Assembly (NCBI GenBank): GCA_965228855.1
Contig: CBDDIJ010000003.1
Span: forward strand, 1,120,001 to 1,184,000
Length of the DNA stretch: 64,000 bases
Direction of reading: 5' to 3'
Source: Candidatus Obscuribacterales bacterium
GTDB taxonomy: Bacteria; Cyanobacteriota; Vampirovibrionia; Obscuribacterales; Obscuribacteraceae
The notes below the pieces were generated by a model that worked only from the letters and a program-made list of their open reading frames with translations, was not told where the DNA came from and did not search any database. Within the stretch, counting starts at the first letter, position 1. Every line of letters begins with the position of its first letter. Shown one piece after another: positions 50,669 to 60,877 of the stretch. The position numbers and the translations under genes are program-made.

Positions 50669-51955
50669 CTACTTCAATTTGGCGAATTTTGGATTGGCTT
50701 TCAAGGTTTCGGCAATCGCGGAGTAAAGTTTGATACCGCCGCTGGTGTTCATGTGAGACGCGTCTTCAAAGTCTTTAGCTGTTTCGTACGACTCTAATGT
50801 GTCAGGAGTTAGAATGACCGCGCCGGATCGAGCGCAGCCAACTTTCAATACTTGTTGATACTTCGCAAGTGTTTTTTCTGGAAGTAGATTTGTATTCTCT
50901 ATCGGTAGCGGCGTTCTGACGACCAGAACCGGCACCTCATGCTTCTTCGCCAGGTCTAGAAAATCGTTGTATGCTTTCGTCTGAGTCGCGAACTGTTTCT
51001 TGTCGACCGGCAAGTACATGCTTTTATACTCGTCGAGATGACCCAGAGTGTTTGGCGGCCTCTGATAAATCGCAGTGTCGTTTGGGTTGAAGAAGGTGTC
51101 GCGTGTGCTCTTCTCGGCAGGATTTTTTGCTTCCGATTTATTGGTGGCATCGAATAATGTGACCGGACGATTCAGCGTTGTCGCGGCAAGATTGGTGAGG
51201 AACTGGCTGTACTCTTGCCTGTGGGCATAGTAGTTTGACAAAATGCCGAGCGCTTCGTCCGTGATTGATTGCCACGATGCGCCGCTGGAGAGCAATTCAG
51301 GAAGAGAGTTCCAGTCTCTCAATGCATTTGCCGTTGGCGTCGTGTCGATATCAGCTCTGCTGTTGTCTACGAAATCACGAGGCGATAAACAGACGACAAC
51401 AGCTTTACACGTCTTCCCTGCAGCCAGATACTTTTTTAGAATCAAAAGTTGATCTGATACCAAACTGCCGGCGACACTCGCGTTAGATACCGAGACGTTC
51501 TTGCCCGCCCACTCACGGAGTTTCTTCTCCAGGAATTCTGCTTTTTCATATGGCAAAATGACGTTGCGCTCATACCAGAAATCCCATCGAGCTTTGCGTC
51601 CAGCCAGTTCATCATCCGCTCTGACTGCGGGATACAGGCTAATTGATGAACCGAGAACTAATACATCCGGGTTCTTCGGCGCCGACATCAAACGTGGCAA
51701 CTTAGACACGAATATATGTTGTCTTGCACCTGTGAGACCAGTCCAGAACAAACGTTCCAGTGGATCGTACTTCTCGATAGCAAAGTTCAAAGCGGTAAAT
51801 AATATTACGCTAATGATAGTGGTACTGGAGACTAACCGAAGCGGCAATCCGGCTACCCGGCTTTTCGACGAGCCTGGCATTGCCAACCTCTCAGATGCCT
51901 CTGCATCTGATGTGGTCGAGCCTGCGCTCTCGGTTTTGGTTGCGGTTTCTACCAT
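50669..51955 (-). CDS. Membrane-anchored SGNH-like protein (DUF1574/DltD-like)
   Basis: N-terminal TM helix; LVLGSS, NASVAGS, FEDASHMN (DxxH). Confidence 0.7.
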   Translation of the reverse strand: MVETATKTESAGSTTSDAEASERLAMPGSSKSRVAGLPLRLVSSTTIISVILFTALNFAIEKYDPLERLFWTGLTGARQHIFVSKLPRLMSAPKNPDVLVLGSSISLYPAVRADDELAGRKARWDFWYERNVILPYEKAEFLEKKLREWAGKNVSVSNASVAGSLVSDQLLILKKYLAAGKTCKAVVVCLSPRDFVDNSRADIDTTPTANALRDWNSLPELLSSGASWQSITDEALGILSNYYAHRQEYSQFLTNLAATTLNRPVTLFDATNKSEAKNPAEKSTRDTFFNPNDTAIYQRPPNTLGHLDEYKSMYLPVDKKQFATQTKAYNDFLDLAKKHEVPVLVVRTPLPIENTNLLPEKTLAKYQQVLKVGCARSGAVILTPDTLESYETAKDFEDASHMNTSGGIKLYSAIAETLKANPKFAKLK

Positions 51956-52144
51956 CGAACTATCTCAAAAAATTGCCCGGACGGGCATCGAGACGGACAT
52001 TCTATAATGTCATGAGCATGAGGTCTATGCATTATAAATAATGAGGCGGTCGCCCTGAAAACTCGATGCCGCTAGTTCAAAATGTCGATACGCCGGTCGT
52101 TTACCGGAACGTCACGGACGGTGTCTTCATCGCTGCAGCGATCG

Positions 52145-54076
52145 TCACTCATTCTCAGCAGTGCGTTTGACCTTGACCTCGCAGTGAGGGTGGCACCGCT
52201 TGAAACTTTCGATTGCATCGTCACTAATCTGATCACAGCCATCGACGTACAGTTTTTCCAAATCGAGCTTTTCGATTTTTCTCAATGCCTCGTCTGTAAG
52301 CTTGTCGTTTCCGTTTAGCTTTAAGGTCCTCAATTTGTTCATCGACTTTATGAAATCCATATCTCCATCGGTCAGGTTGTCGTACTCCAGACCAAGGGTT
52401 CGTACTCCCCTGAATTTGTTGATGTGATTGAGCGGATTGTCAGTTTGTTTTTTGAACAGAGGTGTTTTGTTTATCTCGAAGTGATGGACCTTCGATAATC
52501 TCGCGAGTAATCCGAGAGCCTTTGAGTCAAGCTTCGTGCATTTATCTAAATCGATTACGTTCAAATTTTTGAGCCTGGACAATATTTTCAAACAGTTTTG
52601 ATCGGCAACTACATTCTCTACTCGTAAGAGTTCCAGGTCCGGCAAGTTTGAAATGACTTGAAAACGATGTTCGTCAAAATCGGTACCGATAAATTCCTTC
52701 AGACCTTTCAGGTCGCCAACAACATCAAAGGCGGGGTCGGGCACCAGAAAGTTTTGAAGGTGCAAGGTCTCCAGGCTCGGAAGTTTTTTCAGCTGACTGA
52801 TACCGCCGGCGGTTACGCCAGTCAATCCGTCTGCTTCTATTTTTTTTACAGACTTCAGCTTCGCTAGAGCTGCCATTCCTCTATCCGAAATCGTCGCATG
52901 ATCGATTAGAACTCTTTTTACTTTTACCCTTGTCTGAGCAATCTCTGTCAATACTTCGTCCGCGTACTGAGATTGTTTCAAGTCTAGAGTCGTGTCGATC
53001 ACGTGATACTTCGGGTCAAGTTCCTTTTCCAAATCGATTGATCTGTCCAGCGCTGGAGCAGGAGCGATCGGAGACGCAGAGGATACTGGTTCGTCTTTGA
53101 GGGGGGTCATCAATTTCAATGTAATAAACAGCGCCAGACCGAAAAGGATAAGCAGAGCGACTGCTACTCCTGCTACGGCCCTGAGTTCAGGGTTCGCGTT
53201 GCTAGTTTTGCTTGGCGCAACTTCAACAGGCGTTTCAGATTTAAGAACCAGAGAGTTCATCGATTGCAAAATTTCACCTGCATCTTGAAACCGCTTGTGT
53301 GGCTTCTTTTCCAAGCACCGCTGAACGACTTCTTCTAGAACGTGTCCGCTTAACTCTGGAATAATCTTTCCAATCAGTGGTGCCGGTTTATTAATGTGCT
53401 GGTCTAACAGTTCTAGAGAACTTTCGCCTTTAAATGGAAGCTCTCCCGTCAGCATCTCGAAGAGAACGCATCCCAGAGAGTAAATGTCTGTTCGATGATC
53501 TACTTTGCCGCCCTGCGCTTGCTCCGGACTCATGTAGGCCGGCGTCCCAACGATGGCGTTGGGCGCGGTAAGCGTCATGTTGTTGACACTAATCTGCGCG
53601 ATACCGAAGTCATACAGTTTGACAAGGGTTGGGTCTCCGCCGCTTTCACATACCATAATGTTGTGCGATTTCAAATCTCGATGGACGACACCCTGTGAGT
53701 GTGCACATTCAAGAGCCCCGACGATTTGCGAAATCATAGGGATGGCACGGTCAATCTGCAAAGGACCTTCTTCAAGAATCAGATCCTTGAGAGTGTGTCC
53801 TTCCAAATACTCGAGCACCATATACGGTATCTCGTCGGAAGTAACTCCAAAGTCAATTACTTTCATGATATTTTTGTGGACGAGATTTCCGGCAGCTTTA
53901 GCTTCCTTTTGGAAACGCAGAACTTCATTTGGTGATGACCTGGCATCGAAACGCAGAACTTTCAGCGCGAAGACTTTGTCCAGTATCGAATCAAAGACTT
54001 TGTAGACAGTGCCCATCCCGCCGGCACCGATCTTGTCGAGAATCTTGTAGCGGTCAGGTAAAGCGGGTTCCACCAT
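52145..54076 (-). CDS. Ser/Thr protein kinase with TM helix and C-terminal leucine-rich repeats
   Basis: GAGGMG, ALKVL, HRDLKSHN, DFG, GTPAYMSPEQ; TM helix; LxxLxxLxL repeats. Confidence 0.92.
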   Translation of the reverse strand: MVEPALPDRYKILDKIGAGGMGTVYKVFDSILDKVFALKVLRFDARSSPNEVLRFQKEAKAAGNLVHKNIMKVIDFGVTSDEIPYMVLEYLEGHTLKDLILEEGPLQIDRAIPMISQIVGALECAHSQGVVHRDLKSHNIMVCESGGDPTLVKLYDFGIAQISVNNMTLTAPNAIVGTPAYMSPEQAQGGKVDHRTDIYSLGCVLFEMLTGELPFKGESSLELLDQHINKPAPLIGKIIPELSGHVLEEVVQRCLEKKPHKRFQDAGEILQSMNSLVLKSETPVEVAPSKTSNANPELRAVAGVAVALLILFGLALFITLKLMTPLKDEPVSSASPIAPAPALDRSIDLEKELDPKYHVIDTTLDLKQSQYADEVLTEIAQTRVKVKRVLIDHATISDRGMAALAKLKSVKKIEADGLTGVTAGGISQLKKLPSLETLHLQNFLVPDPAFDVVGDLKGLKEFIGTDFDEHRFQVISNLPDLELLRVENVVADQNCLKILSRLKNLNVIDLDKCTKLDSKALGLLARLSKVHHFEINKTPLFKKQTDNPLNHINKFRGVRTLGLEYDNLTDGDMDFIKSMNKLRTLKLNGNDKLTDEALRKIEKLDLEKLYVDGCDQISDDAIESFKRCHPHCEVKVKRTAENE

Positions 54077-54098
54077 AACCTCGGTTTTTGCAATTCGT

Positions 54099-55313
54099 TC
54101 AGTTGGTTGGAATCGAATTGTTGTTTAAACTCAAACGAAGGTTTCCGTCGGTCATAATCACTCGAGCACTGATTGGTTCTCCGGATAGAAGTTCAATCAA
54201 ATGTTTACCGACGACCTCGTATCTCCAGCCTTCTGCGACTTTGAGGTCCGTGGCGTTTGCTAATTTATTTTCCTTGTGAAGCCTCACCACAAGTTGCAAT
54301 TCGTCGCGGGTACAAATATGCTCGGCGGCCAAACCAATATCATTTGCCAAGTATTTAAGTACCACGTAAAGGAAATCTCCGGTTAGAAGCTCACTTTTCG
54401 ATGGAGCTCGACCGGTCGGCCAGGTGGGGCATTCCTGGTCTGATAGCGAACGAGCCTTCTCGATCGCAGCCAATATCGCTTTGCCATATATGCGTGGTTG
54501 ATCCGGACGGATGCCTCGCATGTTTTTCAAATCGTCCACCGAGTGTGCCGGTTTTCTTGCGATTTCTACCATGACGTTGTCCGAGAGAAGAAATCTCGGC
54601 GGTTTATTCAAACGCCGCGCTTCATTATCGCGCCAGAGCCAAACTTCGCGAAGCACGGCCAGCCCTCTGGAATTAAGCGAATTGGCCCCCTTCACTCGCA
54701 TGAAATCGCGCGAGCGATCGTGATCGTAGTATTCGAGGTCTTCGTAGATTTTGCATTCTTCTTCCGCCCATTCGAGACGGCCTTGCTGATTGAGCTTGTC
54801 GCGCACCTTCTCGTAGAGTGGTATCAAGTAGAGAACGTCGTTGATTGCATAATCGATTTGTGCCGGGGTGAGCGGGCGCGATTGCCAGTCGCTAAAACTC
54901 TCCGTTTTCGCGATCTGAACGTTCAGAACATCGCTGAGCAAACGTCTGTAACCGGCAGAATAACCGTAGCCCGCAAATCCTGCAGCAATTTGCGTGTCGA
55001 ATATGTTTTTGGGAATCAAACCGGATAGTGAATAAACCAATTCAAGGTCCTGGCTACCAGCGTGAAAAATGCACAGAATTTCTTCCGAGGCGATGCGCTG
55101 AAACAACGGGGCCAGATCTTTGACGACAAAAGGGTCTACGATGTAGGGCGTTTTTTCTACGCAGACCTGTACGAGGCAAAGTATTGGAAAATAAGTTCGC
55201 TCCGGTATAAATTCGAAGTCGAACGCCGCCAGCTTGGTTCTGTCGATGTGGTCACAGAGGTCCTGAAGTTCTGCCGCCGTATTTACGATTTTGGTAGACG
55301 CCGACTTACTCAT
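54099..55313 (-). CDS. rnd: Ribonuclease D (DEDD exonuclease + HRDC)
   Basis: AFDFEF, FHAGSQD, FDTQIAA, SDWQSRPL..YAINDV, WRDNEAR HRDC. Confidence 0.9.
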   Translation of the reverse strand: MSKSASTKIVNTAAELQDLCDHIDRTKLAAFDFEFIPERTYFPILCLVQVCVEKTPYIVDPFVVKDLAPLFQRIASEEILCIFHAGSQDLELVYSLSGLIPKNIFDTQIAAGFAGYGYSAGYRRLLSDVLNVQIAKTESFSDWQSRPLTPAQIDYAINDVLYLIPLYEKVRDKLNQQGRLEWAEEECKIYEDLEYYDHDRSRDFMRVKGANSLNSRGLAVLREVWLWRDNEARRLNKPPRFLLSDNVMVEIARKPAHSVDDLKNMRGIRPDQPRIYGKAILAAIEKARSLSDQECPTWPTGRAPSKSELLTGDFLYVVLKYLANDIGLAAEHICTRDELQLVVRLHKENKLANATDLKVAEGWRYEVVGKHLIELLSGEPISARVIMTDGNLRLSLNNNSIPTN

Positions 55314-56140
55314 TCTTGTGGCTCCGATAGGAAGTGTCGGCACCATTTCAAGGAGCCCTGTCGCCCAATAATCACAGAGGTTTCGTGCAGAATCGATGGA
55401 AGTTCGAATTTGAGTTCATCTATGTCGATGGTTCCGACGTCTAGACCGTTGGCGAGCGCGATCGAAACTGGTCCTGCAGTGTCCCAGGTTTTGAGCTTGC
55501 CAGCCATGTGGACAAACAGATCCGCTCGTCCCTCTAAAACCCACGCCACCTTGATTCCAATACTTCCAGTTCTGATAAGCTGCACCTTTGGAAGACGTTC
55601 TATCCAGGGATGACGCTTGCGATCGCGGAACCCCATCATAAGCCGGACGCGATCTTCGAGCGTCAGTGTCTCCAGCGGCGCGAATTTGACAGGGTCTTCC
55701 TTGTCGGCCCACTTCCATGCACCAAAACCGGGACCACCATAATAAGCCGTCTGCTCCGCCGGTGCATAAACAAATCCGAATACCGGCACCGCATCAATTA
55801 GAAGACCAATCATCACGGCGTACTGCCCATCATTTTTGATGTAATTGTTCGTGCCATCAATAGGATCGATCATCCAGACTCGGCCGGTCTGTGGAATGTC
55901 TCCCAACTCGGCATCTTCTTCGGACACCACGGTGTCATGAGGATAGGCACGCGAAATTTCATCGACGAGTATGCGAGAAAGCTCAAGGTCCGCAGTCGTC
56001 ACTTGATCCATCGGTCCCGACTTCTCTCGGATATCCACGGTTGCGCGCATCGCCACCGCAATCTGCCCAGCTCGCCTGATTAGCTCTAGAAAAAAGGAAA
56101 TCTCATCGTCTTTCAAAAGACTCGTCATCGTCTCGGGCAT
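55310..56140 (-). CDS. cysQ: 3'(2'),5'-bisphosphate nucleotidase CysQ / inositol monophosphatase family
   Basis: VTTAD, SEE, WMIDPIDGT, GSIGIK, WDTAGP. Confidence 0.82.
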   Translation of the reverse strand: MPETMTSLLKDDEISFFLELIRRAGQIAVAMRATVDIREKSGPMDQVTTADLELSRILVDEISRAYPHDTVVSEEDAELGDIPQTGRVWMIDPIDGTNNYIKNDGQYAVMIGLLIDAVPVFGFVYAPAEQTAYYGGPGFGAWKWADKEDPVKFAPLETLTLEDRVRLMMGFRDRKRHPWIERLPKVQLIRTGSIGIKVAWVLEGRADLFVHMAGKLKTWDTAGPVSIALANGLDVGTIDIDELKFELPSILHETSVIIGRQGSLKWCRHFLSEPQE

Positions 56141-56172
56141 CTACACCGCTACCTGAATTTCGCTGACCACGA

Positions 56173-56655
56173 CTACTCAGAGCCTCGGGTCGCTGCGTGA
56201 TCATCGTACATGCGGCAACCGAATTCATCAGCCAGTTTGTTATCGAGCAGGTCAGCCACATAGGCTGCGTGCCAGACGAGGTCGTCAAGCTCTTCCTGGA
56301 CCAGACCGAACGTCGGTCGCTGGGCTACAACCAGGACTATATCATCGTGCGTCGACAAAGCACAGCTGCTTAGCGAGCTATTTAAGTCGAGAAGCTTCCG
56401 GTAAAACAGCTCTCTGTTTTGGTCCGGAACATAGACCAGCGGGCTCGTGATTCGCAGCACCGCACCATGCTGGCTTACTTGAACGAAAACATATACCTTC
56501 GCGCTGCCCTCGGTCAGCCACCAACCGTAGCCCTGGGCATCACGCAGGGCATGATCGGCCGGATCCAAACCGCGTCTGCGGAAATATTGTTCGACCATGT
56601 TGACCGCATCACTTGCGGCTCCTTGGGTCAATTTTTGCGTTCCAAACAAACTCAT
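56173..56655 (-). CDS. YbjN/CesT-like (T3SS chaperone fold) protein
   Basis: EGSAKVYV, SPLVYVP..ELFYRKLLDLN, ADLLDNKLADEFG. Confidence 0.7.
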   Translation of the reverse strand: MSLFGTQKLTQGAASDAVNMVEQYFRRRGLDPADHALRDAQGYGWWLTEGSAKVYVFVQVSQHGAVLRITSPLVYVPDQNRELFYRKLLDLNSSLSSCALSTHDDIVLVVAQRPTFGLVQEELDDLVWHAAYVADLLDNKLADEFGCRMYDDHAATRGSE

Positions 56656-56950
56656 CGTGCAAGCCCCGACTTTTATGACAAACGGTCAATCACCCGTTAC
56701 GCCCAATAGTATACAAGGCAGCGGCATTTTCGTTGTGGGTAAGGACAGCGTTTTGAAGGCTTTCTAAAACGCACTCTGCCGATTTTTCGCGTCCTCTGGC
56801 GCTGCCCGACGATGCTTAAAAATAGCATCCATATATAAACTGCAATCTAAGAAACCGTGGTCTCTATGGTTGTCAGGCTTAACTTCATAGAAAGGCGCCG
56901 CGAGGGTCAGGATTAATGTCAACTGAACACCGAAAAACTCGGTAAAAGCG

Positions 56951-56974
56951 AAAAACCCTGCCGAGGCAGGGTTT
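56951..56974 (-). terminator. Intrinsic terminator of the tRNA gene
   Basis: AAACCCTGCC / GGCAGGGTTT stem with T-tract on the minus strand, just 3' of the tRNA. Confidence 0.8.
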
Positions 56975-56980
56975 AATGAA

Positions 56981-57052
56981 CTCCCGAGGTAAGATTCGAA
57001 CTTACGACCAAGTGATTAACAGTCACCTGCGCTACCGCTGCGCTACTCGGGA
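56981..57052 (-). tRNA. trnN: tRNA-Asn(GTT), CCA not encoded
   Basis: Reverse complement TCCCGAGTAGCGCAGCGGTAGCGCAGGTGACTGTTAATCACTTGGTCGTAAGTTCGAATCTTACCTCGGGAG folds as a cloverleaf with GTT anticodon and TTCGAAT T-loop. Confidence 0.96.
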
Positions 57053-57384
57053 TCAGGCGCATAAACGATATACCACGGAAGTGGCAAGTCGTTAAACACA
57101 TAATACACCACTGTTTGTTTTCCGCTACCACTTTCTCTAAGAAGTTTGTGGACTGTAAACACTTGATATCATTGGTGGCGGATGAAGTTGCCAAACGGTT
57201 TATTGACCACCGCCGTTTGTTCTTTCCTTCCGTTTGCGCACTATACAAGTTTCAACGCTTCGCCCTCTGGAGAGGCGACTGTAGGCGTTTTTGAGTTTGG
57301 AGCCTGTTGAATTCAACAGTGAATGGACGCTGTTCGTTTTCTATCATCGGTTTAATCGATGGAAGAGATAACGAGGTGCTCAAA

Positions 57385-58254
57385 ATGCCATTTCACGAAA
57401 TTGAAACACCCGGCGCTGGCAGTAAGATTTCAGCCGACACGTTCTCCCCGCTAACGTTTTCTGACATTTTTGAAGAATCAGGTAAAACAGCTAACGCGAT
57501 CGCTCGCGAAACCGCATTGATCACTGCCGGCACCGTAGGTGGTGCGGTTAACGAAATTCAGAAGAGTACAATTTCGACCGTTGCTCGAGCTGGCTCAACA
57601 CTCGCACTTGGGGCTGGGTTGGGGGCGCTCGCGGCCTCAGAGGCTCCTGTTCTGGTCGTTGGCGCGGCTGCTGCTGGAGTGGCGCTTACCGGAATGTGGG
57701 TCTACGACACATTCAATCCCTACGACCCAAGAAATCAAAACAGGTTTTCGAACATCGGGCACGCGTTAACAGATGTTTGGAATCACTCAGACAAAAGATC
57801 TTTCGAGACGAGCGTTCAAAAAATGCAGGATGGCATCGGTCCAATCGCACTCGATGTCGGATTAATGGCGGTAGGCGGCATCGGGGCGCATGTTGCTGCC
57901 CGGCAAACTCCGCGATTCTTGAATCAGCTTAACCTTCAGCGTTGCGTTCAGCCGGAGCTGGCACCATCAGCGGTGGCAAACTATTTCAACGGACGCGCTA
58001 ACGCATTGTCACTGGACTGGAGTGACCTCGCTTACTTCCAAAAACGCAGCAGTCCGCTTCGTGTCGACAAAGGAACTCCGGAGTCGCTGCCTGGACGAAT
58101 CGAGATGCTTAATGCAAGAGCGGGGCTTCCTGAACCGCAGTTGCACAGTCACAAATTTCTCAGTCTCGTAGATAAGCCAGTCACACCTCGCGAGAGAAAC
58201 TCGACGGGCGGCACCTCGTTTTTCTTCAGCGAAAAAGCATACAAAAACCGTTAG
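57385..58254 (+). CDS. Hypothetical protein with Gly/Ala-rich hydrophobic hairpin
   Basis: GAGG RBS before ATG 57385; LALGAGLGALAA..VVGAAAAGVALTG. Confidence 0.6.
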   Translation: MPFHEIETPGAGSKISADTFSPLTFSDIFEESGKTANAIARETALITAGTVGGAVNEIQKSTISTVARAGSTLALGAGLGALAASEAPVLVVGAAAAGVALTGMWVYDTFNPYDPRNQNRFSNIGHALTDVWNHSDKRSFETSVQKMQDGIGPIALDVGLMAVGGIGAHVAARQTPRFLNQLNLQRCVQPELAPSAVANYFNGRANALSLDWSDLAYFQKRSSPLRVDKGTPESLPGRIEMLNARAGLPEPQLHSHKFLSLVDKPVTPRERNSTGGTSFFFSEKAYKNR

Positions 58255-58322
58255 GAAGTTTTCGCGTTTCTTTCGTTGGTGCAAAGGGTAAATCCAATTT
58301 GCCGGCGTCGCTAGGAGAGAAG

Positions 58323-59780
58323 ATGAGAAAGCAGTTAGAAAAGCCTGAAAAGACCAGGAAGTCTCAAAACTTTCAGCATCCGCCTCTCCACGCCGACTAT
58401 CTGGGCAAGCCTGCGCACTTGCAAACGCGCAAAGATCGTATCGAGTTGGGCAAAGCCATGCGCGTGGTCTGTCCTCGAGAACTACATGCTCAATACACAA
58501 TTGACTGGGAGGATCGTAAAGATCCGGTTGAATTGTTGATTGAGTCCAGTCGTGGCCGTATCGAAACGCTCCTGCCAATAAGATATGGACGAATGGCGAC
58601 CTCCCCCTTTGCATTTTTTCGTGGGGCCGCGGTAATTATGGCTGCAGATCTCGCTCAGACTCCTGAAACTGGCTATGCGGTGCAATCATGTGGAGACAGC
58701 CACCTCTGCAATTTTGGTGCGTTTGCCACTCCGGAGCGCAATGTCATTTTTGACATCAACGACTTTGATGAGACCTTTCCAGCTCCGTGGGAATGGGATT
58801 TGAAGCGTTTGGCGGCTAGCTTTGCAATTGCGTGCAGGCACAACGGACACAAACAAAGCGAGTGTCGACGCGCCGTTCAGCGTATGGTGGAGTGCTATAG
58901 GGAACGATTGTTTCAGTTGGCAGAGATGCCCACATTGTCGTCTTGGTACGACCAACTAAATTTCAAAGATTTGCTGGCGCAGAGCAAAGATCGCAAGTTT
59001 AAGGAGAAGCGGGAAAAGGACCTGCGGAAAGCGGTCAAACGCGACAGCATTGCCGAATTTGTCAAACTTGGCCATATCATCGATGGTAAGCCCAAAATCA
59101 AAGACCAACCACCGCTCATTTATCACGACGCTAGATACGAGACCCCGGACTTCCAGAATGCCGTATTGCGTGGTATCGCAGATTATCGAGATTCTCTGCC
59201 GCTGGAACGTCGGGTTCTTTTCGATCGATATGAGTTTGTCGACACTGCGATCAAGGTTGTTGGTGTCGGAAGCGTTGGAACTATGTGCTTTATCGCTTTG
59301 TTCTACGCAGCGGAGAATGACCCGTTGTTTCTGCAACTGAAAGAAGCGAACAAGTCAGTGCTCGAGGCTTATTCGAATTATCCCGCCTTTCAAACTCATG
59401 GCGAACGCGTAGTTTTTGGCCAACGCCTTATGCAGTCGTCCAGTGATGTTTTCCTCGGACACTTTGTCGGCGAACTCATGAACAAGCATTACTATGTTCG
59501 ACAGCTTCGTGATGTAAAAGTGAAAATTCCTGTTGAGACATTTTCCGCAGGTGAGATGCTTATCTATGCGCAGAAGTGCGGATGGGCACTTGCTAGAGCA
59601 CATGCTCGTTCAGGAGATCCTGCCGTATTGGCCGGTTATATTGGCAAAGGTGCTCAACTTCTTGATGCGCTTGCCGATTTTGCAGAAATATACGCCAAGC
59701 AAAATGATAACGATTACAAACGACTTCAAGACGCGATTAAAACAGGCGAAATCGAAGCGGTGTCGGAAACAGCGCGATAG
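58323..59780 (+). CDS. DUF2252 family protein (kinase-like)
   Basis: RYGRMATSPFAFFRGAA, CGDSHLCNFG, FDINDFDE, WEWDLKRL, KVVGVGSVG, LARAHARSGD. Confidence 0.92.
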   Translation: MRKQLEKPEKTRKSQNFQHPPLHADYLGKPAHLQTRKDRIELGKAMRVVCPRELHAQYTIDWEDRKDPVELLIESSRGRIETLLPIRYGRMATSPFAFFRGAAVIMAADLAQTPETGYAVQSCGDSHLCNFGAFATPERNVIFDINDFDETFPAPWEWDLKRLAASFAIACRHNGHKQSECRRAVQRMVECYRERLFQLAEMPTLSSWYDQLNFKDLLAQSKDRKFKEKREKDLRKAVKRDSIAEFVKLGHIIDGKPKIKDQPPLIYHDARYETPDFQNAVLRGIADYRDSLPLERRVLFDRYEFVDTAIKVVGVGSVGTMCFIALFYAAENDPLFLQLKEANKSVLEAYSNYPAFQTHGERVVFGQRLMQSSSDVFLGHFVGELMNKHYYVRQLRDVKVKIPVETFSAGEMLIYAQKCGWALARAHARSGDPAVLAGYIGKGAQLLDALADFAEIYAKQNDNDYKRLQDAIKTGEIEAVSETAR

Positions 59781-59850
59781 GTTTCTTATACGAAGATGCT
59801 TCTTCTGGCTTCGTCCTCTTCCAGTTCCTGGAATTTAAAAATTGGTCGTT

Positions 59851-60789
59851 TCAAGTTGTCAGCGCTTCCAGCCACGAGTCAAGAGCCTTCAGGATATCCG
59901 GACAGAGTTTTTTCGATTGCAGTATTAAGTGAGCGCAAGATTGGCATTCGACCACCGTCATGTCTCTGCTGGTTAAACTGGACATAAACTGATTGTAGGA
60001 AGAGCTTTTGCATACTCCATCGTTTTTCCCTCTATAGACGAGAAGGGCCATATCTTCTGGAAGACTCTGAGGTCGAATCGTTCCCAGAATTAGCATCGAT
60101 TCGATCAGCTCTAGTACATCGATTGATTTGCGGCACATCGGATCGTCGAGATAATGCTTGAGGTTGTCCGGTTCATCAATTAAAAACTTTCTGGCAAAGG
60201 GAGTTAAATCTGCTTCCAGTCTTTGATTGAGCCCAACCTGCGCTATCTGACCGAGCACCGCAGGAACCAAGTCGAATGATATCACCCGCGGTTTCATGCA
60301 GGGATTGGAGAGAACGACTCCATTTACTACATCCGCGCAGTTGGCAGCCAGGTTTCTCGCTAGATGCGCTCCCAGACTTTCGCCGATCAATACCATTGGT
60401 AACTGTGGATGTTTTTCATGAAGCCAGTAAATCAATTCGCTCACATCGCGCAGACTGCCGCCATAGTCTATGCTTCGTTTGTCCACTGCGCCAAAATAGC
60501 TGCGACCGAACCCCCGCAAATCTGGCGCGACGACTAACGCGTCTTGATTTGCCAGGTGCGTCGCGATTGTCTCGAAAACGTTTCCGTGCATTAGTAGGCC
60601 GTGAAGGAGAACTATCACGTGGTTCGGTCTATCTCGACCTAGCCAAAAATAACAATGGATGTCTCCACTGGAACCTGAGATTAGTTCTTCGCTTCGCTTC
60701 ACTGAAACCATTTTAGCTGCGCAGGTTGACTTGATTACAGCTATTGTCCTCTGCCTCTCGGCGACGAACATCTGTCTTAAGAATGACAA
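59851..60789 (-). CDS. Alpha/beta hydrolase (lysophospholipase-like)
   Basis: LLHGL, PDLRGFGRS, GESLG; start uncertain. Confidence 0.82.
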   Translation of the reverse strand: MSFLRQMFVAERQRTIAVIKSTCAAKMVSVKRSEELISGSSGDIHCYFWLGRDRPNHVIVLLHGLLMHGNVFETIATHLANQDALVVAPDLRGFGRSYFGAVDKRSIDYGGSLRDVSELIYWLHEKHPQLPMVLIGESLGAHLARNLAANCADVVNGVVLSNPCMKPRVISFDLVPAVLGQIAQVGLNQRLEADLTPFARKFLIDEPDNLKHYLDDPMCRKSIDVLELIESMLILGTIRPQSLPEDMALLVYRGKNDGVCKSSSYNQFMSSLTSRDMTVVECQSCAHLILQSKKLCPDILKALDSWLEALTT

Positions 60790-60877
60790 TTAAAATCAAC
60801 CGATCGATGGATGCGAAGGTATGGATGTCCTGGCGTATCGTTAATGATTAGAAAGTCTTACATAGGATCATGAAACT

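Noticed and set aside
56981..57052. tRNA-anchored integrative element
   Set aside because: No integrase and no duplicated tRNA 3' end noticed; a terminator and housekeeping genes follow directly
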